A stretch of 64,000 nt of DNA from Spongospora subterranea f. sp. subterranea (lineage: Eukaryota): positions 62,001-126,000 of the forward strand of contig JAUGWO010000009.1 of NCBI GenBank assembly GCA_049724395.1. The letters are read 5' to 3'. Each line of letters starts with the position of its first letter. Position 1 is the first letter of the stretch. Both the position numbers and the translations under genes were made by a program. Under the pieces are notes generated by a model. The model saw only the letters and a program-made list of their open reading frames with translations, searched no databases and was not told the origin of the DNA. Below are positions 1 through 10,899 of this stretch, piece by piece.

Positions 1-66
1 ATCAACGCTAATTCGAACTTTCAATGCCATTGACGTTGTTGATGCGAAAGGGACATCCTAATAAGC

Positions 67-237
67 CAGATGCAAGGGAAGATTCAGGTGGAGATTATAT
101 CTGGGGGTCATTCCATTCAAGAAGACTCATACGATACCTTGAGCCAAGAAATGATCCGTTTTGCTAAGCGAAATAAGTTTGCTGAATTGAGAGATCTGAA
201 CCGAAGGGCGAAATCTGCTTCCAAAGTGCAAAAATAA
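67..237 (+). CDS. PPME1: Last exon of protein phosphatase methylesterase 1 (PME-1); gene begins before the window
   Basis: Hand translation QMQGKIQVEIISGGHSIQEDSYDTLSQEMIRFAKRN..., stop at 235-237. Matches the PME-1 C-terminal motif GQMQGKxQxxxxxxGHxIxED containing the catalytic His. Confidence 0.75.
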   Translation, partial: QMQGKIQVEIISGGHSIQEDSYDTLSQEMIRFAKRNKFAELRDLNRRAKSASKVQK

Positions 238-338
238 CATTACTGCTTTTGTAAATCAACAAGTTTTTGATATATTTTTCATATCAACACTAATATATAT
301 TCTCGCCTGCTTGCGTGTTGGGTTAGCTTGCCAAGATG

Positions 339-388
339 TTCTAGAATATATATTGCAATCTAGAATTTTTATCTAGATTGTTCCGGAA
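339..388. promoter_or_regulatory. Heat-shock-element-like cluster upstream of the HSF gene
   Basis: TTCtaGAA at 339-346, ATCtaGAA at 358-365, and ATC-ta-GAT-tg-TTC-cg-GAA at 371-388 in 5-bp alternating phase. TATA-like tatatat at ~513. Confidence 0.5.
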
Positions 389-645
389 ATAATGAATTTT
401 TTTTGTACCCAGCTGTTGCTTCCTCTTACAACAAACCGATTTCATTCTGCAATTGTTTCGATTACTGTCTGGACACAACCTCAAGTCGTGTAAACTTGGG
501 CCAGCGTTGGTTTATATATGCCCTTGTAATCGGCATTTGGGGATTGTGTTGTCACAGGAGATAATATCTGTCTCCCCACCCCAGTCATCATCGCCGATCC
601 AGTAGCGCCAACCAGGGGGCTCCTTCCACATATTGAACATTAGAA

Positions 646-1909
646 ATGGGTTCAGTAGAAGACTCCTCTGACGAACATCGTATTCGCCACCAGGATCTCG
701 CCGATATGCCCAAACCGTTGCCGGCCTTCATCTCGAAGACGTGGCTGATGGTTTCTAGCGGCGACCATCACGACATCATCTCCTGGAATCCGCATGGAGA
801 CGGATTCGTGGTGAAAAAGGAGCACGAGTTCGCTCAGTTCATTTTGCCCCGGTAATTACTACTACGATTTACTGATTATTCGTGTATTGGGTCTGATCGT
901 TAATGGCCATTTAGGTACTTTAAACACAAAAATTTTTCGTCGTTTGTTCGTCAGCTGAACCTGTACGGATTCCATAAATTCGCCCACGAAAGCAATATCG
1001 AGTTCAAGCACCAAGCGTTTCTTCGAACGCGAGATGATCTGCTTTGTCGCATTAAAAGAAAGCATGCGTTGCCCAAAACCTCAGGAACTGGCACCAACAA
1101 TCCGGTCATTTATGTCGGAAAGTCGAAGGTGCCGATGAAAACTTTAACACATATCTGCTAAGTTTAATTCGAACTGTAGGCTGCAATGGATGAGCTACAA
1201 AATCAAGTGGAATCGCTCAAAAGCCAATACCAGCAAATGTGGAAGGTTTTCTATCTAAGGGTGATTCAGCAAAAACTTCGTTGACCCTTCAGTGCATCTA
1301 GGTCCAACAGCAAATGATGCTGTTTTTGGCGTCCTTTTTGCGAGAATACACTCCGAGCGCATCGACTCCGCCGGTCAAGCGAAGGCGGAATAATAACAGC
1401 AAAGAGAACTGTGTAGGGGCCGAGGCGAAACCCGAGGTTCTGGATCAGCAAACGATGCAGTTCGTTGTCTCGCAACTGAACGAATTCACAAACAATGGAA
1501 ATCAGTTGCCCGTTGCCCAGCAGCAGGTTTGCCCCAAAGCGGTTCGTGTCGGTTGGGATATTTACAGACCATGGTTGTGTAGATGTTGGCAAACCGGAAA
1601 TCAAATGTCAAGATGCAGAAGCACGCTTTACAGGGACTTGAACAGATGTCATCGTGCATCGGGAAAGGTTTCGCCATGAATCCGGGCAGTACGCCATCGA
1701 TATGGGGATGCCCTGCGATGAACCTCAACGCATCAAGCGATTCGTTGACCCTGTTTCCGTTCCCTCCTCAATCGCCGAACTGTGTGCCGACGGCGTCGGA
1801 TCCGATGACGTTTGAGTGTCGAACGAGGGACCATATTCTCGACCAATCACTGGTGCGAGGGTTCCCGTTGCAAAGTGCCATCGAGACCTTGGGAGAACCT
1901 TTTACCTGA
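646..1909 (+). CDS. HSF: Heat shock transcription factor (HSF DNA-binding domain plus HR-A/B), about 5 exons
   Basis: FISKTW..IISW..GDGFVV..EFAQFILPR, intron 852-914, then YFKHKNFSSFVRQLNLYGFHK (HSF DBD). Heptad region follows; further introns at ~1129-1179, ~1246-1301 and ~1528-1582. Confidence 0.93.
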
Positions 1910-2019
1910 GCTTGTATATAAATTTAGTATATTCTTTTCACTGTCGATATGGGCAATGACCGATCTGGGCTGTATTATAGGAGTATTTTGGAATCTAGGG
2001 AAAGAAGGCACATTTTAGG

Positions 2020-2950
2020 TCAGTCAACAACTGGAGCTGCCAACTTCCATTCCAGGATCATCGCAAGTCGTCTGACTTCTTTGAATTGACTCTTGCTGCG
2101 AATGCGTCGAATATTCTCTGTGATTTCCTTGCGGATTCCGGCGTCAAAGGTAGGGAACACCTCAATAAGGAGGTCGCATTCGTTCTGTTGATTCAAAAAA
2201 TGAGTACGAAGATCTGAGCGTCGAAGAACAGTGCTGACCTGCAACGACACCTCTGTATTGGCAATATCCAAATTGTGAATGATTGTTTGAGCAAGCAATA
2301 CTCGCATTTGGGGCGCGATTGTGCTCCATAATCGTATCAGCCCTGACTTATTTGGTAGAAGGAGAATAAGATCCGCCTGCAAGCGTCAAATCTCATCAGA
2401 TTTGCTATGGCAGAAGCAAAACTCGCTCGCGACAATCATCTACCATTAATTTCTTATGCAGAGAGAAGAGAGGTGCATTTTTGAATGAAGCGGAGATGCA
2501 GAAGGGACACTTTTAGCAGAGATTTCGTTTTGCATATCCGGCCCTTTTCCATCCGCAACCCATGTCAGATGCGCCATCGTGTTCGCCCCAGAAAATTACT
2601 TCGATTGGGATTCGCAAAGCCCTTCGTTTTACGACGTGAACAAATCAGAAAGGCTCTACGATGATCATGTGCCAAAGTGAATTGACTCGGTCATCGTTGG
2701 CGAAGAAGTTGGGTCAGTGTCGCCAGCTGTCGCCAGACTGCAGCGATGCGATACCCATCACAGGGTCAACGCGATGTACAGTCGCCATATCGTACACGAG
2801 TCGTACACGTTGTGTATATATAGGTTCATGAACCGAAAGAGAGGGTCCCCCTTGGCGCAACAGCTGACATGAGACGTTGGCATCCCATCTCTGGGCACTA
2901 CTTTCACTAGCAATTTCTTTTTGTAGTTTTCGTCTTATCCTACTCAAAAT
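2020..2950 (-). CDS. Hypothetical spliced helical protein (5' end uncertain)
   Basis: Protein-like ORFs at 2020-2382 and 2714-2947, with minus-strand splice signals nearby. No motif recognised. Confidence 0.35.
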
Positions 2951-3169
2951 GTCGCTGGATGCTAACAGAATTTTGAGGCAACCAAGTCGACACTTACAAG
3001 GTAAGTGTTGTTTCGGGGCCGAGAAAAGTCCAACACAAAATCGAGAATACGACTAACTCAGACTGCCAAGCACAATCCATTAATTGCCACTGGAGTGTCA
3101 GTGGGCGGTCAGCAAGCATCCAGTGGTGTAGATGATGGATAATGAACAAGTGTATTACAGTAGGCGAGG

Positions 3170-5179
3170 CTATAAACTGGATGAATTGGCAGTGCTATGC
3201 ACTCTATGCATTGCTGTGATGAACTCGTCAAGTGTTGATCCCATTTTCTGGAAACATGGGTCAACAATGGGCATGATACAGATTGCAAAAAAAGGGCCTA
3301 CATGGAGAAACAAAGATTGCGCCTGAAAGGGCAGCCTCCTTAATGATCTGCCACTCATCCCTTGCAGTTGCCGGGATAGATCTGCTAATTTATTCGAGGA
3401 CGCATCTTTGCCTGTCGTGTGCAATGATGTGGCGAAATCACAGGTCTCGTCAACGATTACGCCAGCGCGAACTAGCTCACTAATACATGACTTCAGGATT
3501 TCGTAACGGGCCATTTCCGAAGGAGGTCCAACGAATAACCTCAGATCGGATCGATCAAGGAACGCCAAATCTGTTGTCAAAACATTCTGTGAAAATTTTA
3601 CAGAAAGTGCGGAATCAATAAACCTATGGCCTCAGATAGGTTCGATGTACAGCAAACAAGCACATTAGGATATCGCTTAAGATTGTCAAGCTGGGTAAGC
3701 AGAGCATTAACAACACGAATGGAGTCAGACGGCTCTGAACCTGACAGAGCAGCTTGTCGGGCGCCCGCTAGACTTTCAACCTCGTCAATCATCAGGATGA
3801 CAAGTGATGTGGAATCTGATACCAGATCGTGTATCCTGTGGGTTTGGATATGACCAATTAGCCAATGAAGCAATACTACCATGCCACAGCACCTACTTAT
3901 GAAAGAGCTTCATAACTAGCTTCCCGCTTTCACTGAACCATTTAGAAAACAAACTGTGCGCGTTGATATTAACAAGCTGACAATGCGGGAACCGTTTATG
4001 CATTCGGATAGATAGCATTTGGGCCAACCCTAGTCGAATTACATGTGTCTATTAGTCCAGCGATATTCATCAGCAAACAATGAAAACCTAATACCCTGAG
4101 CGAGAGATGTTTTGCCACTTCCTAAATGACTTGTTAGCAATGTAACTGTGGTCAAGCACCGAAGTCATAACTAACCTGGCGGTCCATGCAATAATAACAT
4201 TCGGTTCCAAGCAATAACACGAGGATCTACTTTCAGATCCGAAAAGTGCATCGCTGCGAGATCATTGAAATAAATCAGAGTATCGTGGAGAGGGACAATC
4301 TTGATAATACATACCTGTAGCTGCATAGTTCAGAAGATGGCACTTGATATCTTCCTCAAAAATCAGACTGAACCCAAAATACATGTTCAGATACGGTTAC
4401 TGGCAACGAAATCTGAATGCGACAGTACTTCTCCCATATCTGATCAAACTCCACCTAATGCCGAAAATCAGTTGGCCGGAAAACGCTGAACAGGCGTAAT
4501 AGATTAAACTCTTACCGATGGCAGCGTGTAGATATGGCAGGCTACAACCTCTTCCTCGTTATCCGCCATCTCTTCCGCAGCCGTCTCGTACGATAGTTGA
4601 TAGACACATATGGATATATCTGCCGTCCAAAATGGGACACAGGCGGAATCATCAGGTATAGATTCTGGCAACGATTATGTCAGCGTTCGCCATCACAGTT
4701 CAGATTTGTTTCAGTACATATATACACGAGACACATATTCAGGAAGAATGGGATCATCAGATATATCTAGAGGACCATTCGAAAAAAATGCAGTCGAATC
4801 CCTGACGAAGGCATATGTTCGCGCCTCTATAGCTTCAGGATCACATGTGCATTTATCCTTCATACACACATCAACTAGACCAAATGTTAGACGTCCATCA
4901 TGAGAGAAAACAGCGTTGCAAAATAAATCGTAAGAGCATTATGACACAAAAAAATGGTGTAGTGTTCAAATGTAAAAGTGTGTGATGGAATAATTGCTAA
5001 CCATGAACTGGTATGTGCCCTTTGGATGCGGCAGTTATCGGTCCGGTATGGCCATCCGTAACGATCGGCTGAGGACTATCTTCGATCGTAGTTCTAATGC
5101 CCTCGTCGCCCCGTTCGCTGCACTCGTGGTCCCGATTCGCATCTCCCTCGTCGTGCATGATGATCTCGGCAGGGTTCAT
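3170..5179 (-). CDS. PCH2: Pachytene checkpoint protein 2 / TRIP13 AAA+ ATPase, multi-exon
   Basis: [59 protein letters not shown] and [18 protein letters not shown]. The N-terminal exons splice to give IPVHVDVC; ATG at 5179. Confidence 0.93.
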
Positions 5180-5608
5180 GCCGGGCGCCAAAGGGCATCA
5201 ACAAACGGATCAAACTCCGGTTAACGACTTATTTACGACTGCAGTGGAGGTGACTAGGAGACACTACGGAAAAACAACTGTTGAAACGATAGATCATTTT
5301 GACCTGGTCACGCCGCTTATACGCCTCAACAGTCATTCAACAGAGAAGGGATTGACCAATACAGAAACGACCAATTTGAGCCGCATATGTGAGGATTTAT
5401 AAAAGCACATAATGGTCATGTTTGGCAGGGAGATACTCGGCGACCATGGCGAAAGTGCATTCCTCATCCAGCTATGAAGGCGAAGACGGCTTCAATATCC
5501 CACGATATACACAGAAATTTCCACATCATATCGCCGTTTTATTGAGTGTTACTGTATTTGCTGATATAAGTTTCAAGGTTGCCAGAGCAATATTAACTCC
5601 GGATCACT

Positions 5609-6148
5609 CTAATTGCATCGCTCATTCTCTTGATCGTGCCCGCCAACTGTATGCCACTTCCTTCGTTTGCGATCGTCAAAATCCAAAGCCCTACTGAACA
5701 TTCGAGACCTTTTCTTGCTCTGTCTTGGATGTGATTTCTTTGGTCGCCACAAGACGGAATTATGTATACAAAAGTCATACTTTTCGCCATGAAGCTCCCC
5801 TTCTCTCAACGCAATTTCCATGGAAATAAATGCATTTTTCTTGAGTTGATCATCAATATATGTAGATTCTGAGGTTGATGACAGCCTAGACTGCGGTGTA
5901 GAATAATTTGGTAGAAACCCAGATAGCGATTGGGAACGCTGAAACCCTGAGCTAACGGGACCGGAGAATGGTCGCAACCTGCACGAAGATGAGCGGAACA
6001 GAGGCGGCGATAATAACAGAATGGTCGTAGGCGATGACGACAGGTGTAGGTCTACGGAACCAGGGCTAAGTGGAGGGTCGGGTATGGCAGGGTAATCTCC
6101 AGAACAGGACGCCAATACATCCTCGTATTGGCTGATGGAAAATGCCAT
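5609..6148 (-). CDS. Hypothetical Ser/Pro-rich protein (may continue by splicing toward ~5.2 kb)
   Basis: ATG-initiated 179-aa ORF, low-complexity N-terminus followed by a globular-looking segment. No family recognised. Confidence 0.4.
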   Translation of the reverse strand: MAFSISQYEDVLASCSGDYPAIPDPPLSPGSVDLHLSSSPTTILLLSPPLFRSSSCRLRPFSGPVSSGFQRSQSLSGFLPNYSTPQSRLSSTSESTYIDDQLKKNAFISMEIALREGELHGEKYDFCIHNSVLWRPKKSHPRQSKKRSRMFSRALDFDDRKRRKWHTVGGHDQENERCN

Positions 6149-6539
6149 CTCTGACGGTGTGGCTGATGTGATTGCGTCGCGGGTAAGCGCTAGATGGAAT
6201 GTATTTGTAATTGGGGTCCGATTGCTAAACCAACGATGATGTTCAAGTTACTCTGTCTGCTTTGATGAGCAGGTTGAGCAAGATCGCGTGTCGCGATTAT
6301 CAATCTCTGTGGGCTGGCCCCTTTTCGCCCACGCCAGACACAGTCCTCAGGGTATCCTCCTGGGCGACTGCCCGAGCCAATTGCAACACAATCATCACTC
6401 GCAACGATACCGACACAAGACTGACCGGCACATGCATACGATACGCACTGTGGGCCCAGTGGAGCGAGAGCGAAAGCCGGGTCGACGTTCCAGTCTGCTT
6501 GATCCTCACACTCACAGAGAGTTGTCTGTACACTTTCGT

Positions 6540-7190
6540 ATTTCGGGAAAGGAAATACGCTCCGTCACAAAGCGTTTCGCCATCGTTTTTCCAGTTTGTT
6601 TTTGCAATTCCGAAAATGGGAAAGCAGCTATTGAAAAAACGTTTCGGAAGCGACATTCCAAATATTCCAATCTGCTTCCATATTGTTGATTGAAATCTTA
6701 AAAAAATCAACAGATAAAACGATAACAAGGGGGCCGGTCGACCTGGTCGGAGGCAAATTCTAACAGAAAAGCTACAAGAATAGTGCCAATCCCGCATCAT
6801 CACAGCGCCCAGCTCCAAAATTTTGCGGATCATGAAAATCAAGAAACGCCGAAATCAGAGAGCTTTCGTACACTTTCGTACTTCGTTTAACGGATTTCTT
6901 GACTGTATTGGTGACACAGCTAGTCACAGAAATATGAATTTCGTCTAATTTTCCCGGAAACAGGTTGTTTCACGAACGTTGCGGGTGTGATTCCAAATTC
7001 GAATGTCGGCAAAAAAGAAACAAGCTGCCCGTCATGTTCCCGGGAAATTCGTATTTCGTTTTTTCCGGAAAGCAAATACACTCCGTCACAAAAGTTTCGC
7101 CATATTGCTTTCCGATTCCGAGCATGAAAAGCAGCTAGTCATAAGACGTTTCGGAAGCGGCATTCCAGATAATTCGGATTTGCTTCCATA
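6540..7190. repeat. Degenerate ~140-bp direct repeat, two copies
   Basis: Copies at ~6540-6685 and ~7060-7190 share aaatac.ctccgtcacaaa..gtttcgccat, aaagcagcta, acgtttcggaagcg.cattcca and tgcttccatat. Confidence 0.75.
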
Positions 7191-7489
7191 TCACGCAGGC
7201 CTTTCCCACTTGCAAGGCTCTGAACGGATATATATTTTTACCCCATTCTGCACTTATGTGTCCCGAACCCTTTTATAAATTCATTTCTTTATTGCTCCTA
7301 GAAGGTCAACTCCTTTTCTCTCCCATTCGACGTAATTTAATTTATTTTACATATATAATGTAGGACCTGGATTCCGCGACTGTTGTAATTCTGCTACATA
7401 CGCTGGATCTCAATCGTCGTCAACGATGCCGCCGAAAACGAAAGTTGCAACACCTTGGTTTCGCCACATGGTAGAAAGGGAATTCTAGG

Positions 7490-8440
7490 AAGCTTTTTGT
7501 TTGGGACGGAACGACATCTATCGTTCAGCGGAGGCCTTACAATTGCCAGAAACAGTCTCACGTCTGAGAATGATGTAATATAGGGGACTGCTGGCCTGGC
7601 AATGCTTCTCTTTCGACTGGCCTATCCATGCAGGTTTAAAATGCAGTAAACCTGTGTTTGAAGACCTAACATCAGCCGTGTGCCTCAGGTTGAAAGATAT
7701 TCAACGGATGTTTGGGAGGTCAACAAAATCTCCCTGTTCCCAAAGAATCTCTTACGTTATTGAGTAACTGAACTTGATACATTGTGAGAAATGTTTCTGG
7801 CCGAACACAATCTGGAAAGACTCATATTGTAAAAGCAATTGCCGAGAAAGGTATAAAAAAGAGTGGATATATCATTTTATTACTGACATTGCTCTCTACC
7901 AGGAGCTCCAATATCTAACAGTTTCGGATTTATTGCCGGCACCAAATGTTTCTGTTGCCGCCCCATCAGCCCGTCCCGATCGACGGGCAACGAGAACTTT
8001 ATTCTGGGATAAGCGTCGGCATTGGTTTAACATTCCGTGAATCACCAAGGGACACCTCCACGATTGTTCCATGCTGTTGCGGTCGGGATTTCTCGAGCGC
8101 TTTTCTACGATGCGATGGTCTATTGGAAAAGTCATGTACGGAGATCCGGCGAATGGCAACATGGAATATGATGTCGTGCTACGTGGGTGCCCAACTACCG
8201 TAAGCACCGGACAGAAGACGTTCAACGCACGAATGTCTGCTAGAAGCGGTCGAGTGATCCTTCCGATTGCTGAAGTGGGTGTTTGCCTTTCTTGACATCA
8301 GTCAGAAATCGAAAGTTCATGCTGCAACCAATTGCAAAAGTGTTTCTGGTGCGGACGCTGCATTTGAACTGCCGAGCGGGAATCAGAATGGTGACGTTTA
8401 CGACGTTAAACCGCCAACCCTGAAGGAATATTTTCTATCG
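7490..8440 (+). mobile_element. Decayed PIF/Harbinger (HARBI1-like, DDE_Tnp_4) transposase pseudogene
   Basis: Ordered motifs across frameshifts and stops: RNDIYRSAEALQLPE, GLAMLLFRLAYPCR, FGRS, GAPISNSFGFIAGTKCFCCRP, QRELYSG, GHLHD..ML.SG, YGDPA, FNARMS, EAVE*SF..LK..FAFLD, NQ..YDVKPPTLKEYF. Confidence 0.8.
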
Positions 8441-8767
8441 TTAATAAAGAGCTACGTTGCGCGGTCTGCAGGTTAGAAGCGATGTCCCCACGATTTTTTT
8501 TCGCAATGGATGGTACAGCATGAATTTCCGATTCTTACTGAAATGTAAGACGCGAAATAAGATAGTCTAATCATGCGTTCACTATACTGGGGATCGTCAA
8601 GCATGGTATTATTGTCCATTGTATTATCGTCCTTGTATTCGTACATTACGTCCAATCCAAGCAGACGCCGTTATCCGTTGGGGCGCCAGCATATGCGGAC
8701 CATGTTTCGTAGAATACACGAATATACAAGGCGACTCGATGATCCAAACAGCTTTGGACACGGGTTC

Positions 8768-10502
8768 CTATCTTGTGATGAAAGATTGGGGGTTTCTAGG
8801 GGTGGACGAGCGCCTAGGCCGAGAACTCACAGAAAACGGAAGACTTTCGTTAGACAGACATGTTCGCGATGAGTTGAAAACCCGTCTTTGGTACTCAATA
8901 ACTAGATTATGGACAGCTGAGGACATCAACGCGATTTCCTGATGATATTGGGCTGATTGATTGTCAACCGGAGTGATCGGAGAGGTTAATGTGGCTTTAT
9001 CATTCCGAGCTGGGCCGGGTTTGACGACGTCACTTTGTGTAGGCGACTGCTCTTTCGACCTACTATTTTGCGACAATCTGGTGCCATGATTGACGCTGTC
9101 GGGTTCGTTCTCTTTCCTTGATTCGATGATCAGAAGCTCGTGTAGTGATTCATTCTCCTTGCGAATTGTGGCCAGATTGCCGTTGAGTTCGTTCATTTTC
9201 GTTTGAGCGGCGCTGAGTCGGGACAACAGGCCTGCGTTCTTGTCTTCCTCTAGTTTCAACCTCTCAATAGTCAAGACCGAATCTTGTGTTTGCAGCGTAC
9301 TCGACGCCAGCTGCTCGGTTAACAGAATCAATTCGGACTTCAAGCGATGTATCTCGGATTCCATGAGATCGATTGCAGCCGGTTTAGACGCAGCCGATGT
9401 GATGGGGGCGCGCAAGGATTGTGCAAGAGCAGCCTTTTGCAGTCCATCTAGCTGATCACGCAGGACGCGGTTATCTGACGTCGTGGCAGCAAGTTCATTG
9501 GTCAGCCGGCTGTTGTTGAAAAGCAGCATTTCTTTCTCAGCGCCAATTTCATGAATATTGGCGTCTTGCTTGACAATTGTATCTCTGTAGGATTGTAGTA
9601 ATGCGCATTGAGTCTTCAGCACTGAAAGTTCCGAATCTTGACGGCTAATCGACAACCTGGCAGCAGCTAACTCGTCGTACGATTTTTGCAACCTCGACTC
9701 TAATTGCTCCACAGTATTGAATCTGGTTTCTAATCTGCAAGAATCACGTCAAATTGATGGGAAAACTCCATGAAAACAATTCTTCCACATACTGAAGAAT
9801 AGTTGACTTTAGATTAGGTATCTGCTGGAGTTGCTCACGAGCAATGTCAAGCTCGTCTTGAAGTGAGGCGATTACAGTTCTGGCACGATGAGCTTCTTCA
9901 GCTCTGGTAGAGAGTTCACCCTGTAGCTGAGCGCGCTGCATTTCATAGGATTTTTTCAGGTCCTTTGCCTCAAATTCGGCGACTTGAATACGGGCGCGCA
10001 ATCTCTCAAGTTCGGGAGAAGCAGCTTTGGGATCGGGGGGGTCGTCAAATTTTATCCTACGGCAGGCGCTTTGCAAATTCACAGCTTTGATTATTGACAT
10101 TAACTGCTGTTGCTCCTCCTCCTTGAACTGCATGATCATTGCGATGACCTATTTTTAGATGCATGATGTCAGTTAAGAGCGCACCTGTTCGACTAACAAA
10201 CTATCTACCTTGGATCTGAATTTCCCTTTACAGGCATGAACTAATAAAGTTTTAGCGGCTGATTCTGGCGAATCCAGTTCGTTGATTACATGTTCGGGGC
10301 CTGCCATAGCCATTATTCGCATTTGAATACGCCATAGAGTCTCTTTTTCGCTGTAGGCGTGGTCATGAAAAGCCGCTTCAAGCTTACAGCATCCCTCCAA
10401 AACAGATTGCGACGTAATAACATTCCCAGTAATTTCGGAGTAATCTACAGTGAAATTGTTGCACAATCCCACGATGAAGTGTGTTAATCCGTCCGATGAC
10501 AT
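8768..10502 (-). CDS. Hook-family (HOOK/Girdin-like) coiled-coil dynein adaptor, about 3 exons
   Basis: N-terminal LLVHACKG...IMQFKEEEQQQLMSIIK resembles the end of the Hook domain. A long coiled coil follows, and C-terminal EIALMSSAVHNL...PQSF resembles the Hook C-terminus. Confidence 0.6.
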
Positions 10503-10899
10503 ATGTTTTGCAAAGAAAACCTAGAAAGCACGTTGACGTCTGAAGGTAGAAGTAAATAGTATGTACGAAACTTTCGGACACACAATGGCGACCTGCAATG
10601 TGCCCTACTCGTTCCTCGTCTGTGCGCGGGAAGGGATGGTCAGCTGGCGCAGATTGGCGGGAAAACACCGCTTGTGGCGTCACCCTCATGACGGCACGTG
10701 GGGCAGCCCCTCGCTGAGTCGCTCGCCTGGACGTTGCAGTCATCATACTGTACATTTGGTGAAATACAAGTCATGGACTCATGGTCCGACACAGCGTATT
10801 TTCAGTATCTCGGTGGGAACAGAAAAAGTGCTGAAAAAGATTATTCTCTGAATCTCATCAAGTAATGCTGATTGTAAAAGGGGCTCACAACAAAGTTTG

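Noticed and set aside
6262..6842. Three overlapping 130-180-aa ORFs
   Set aside because: They have non-protein-like composition and overlap the degenerate repeat.
8619..8942. Plus-strand ORF overlapping the 3' end of the Hook-like gene
   Set aside because: Mostly an antisense shadow with no ATG start and no recognisable motif.
10600..10745. Structured ncRNA in the GC-rich stretch
   Set aside because: No tRNA, SRP or snRNA motifs were recognised; it is better explained as a promoter.
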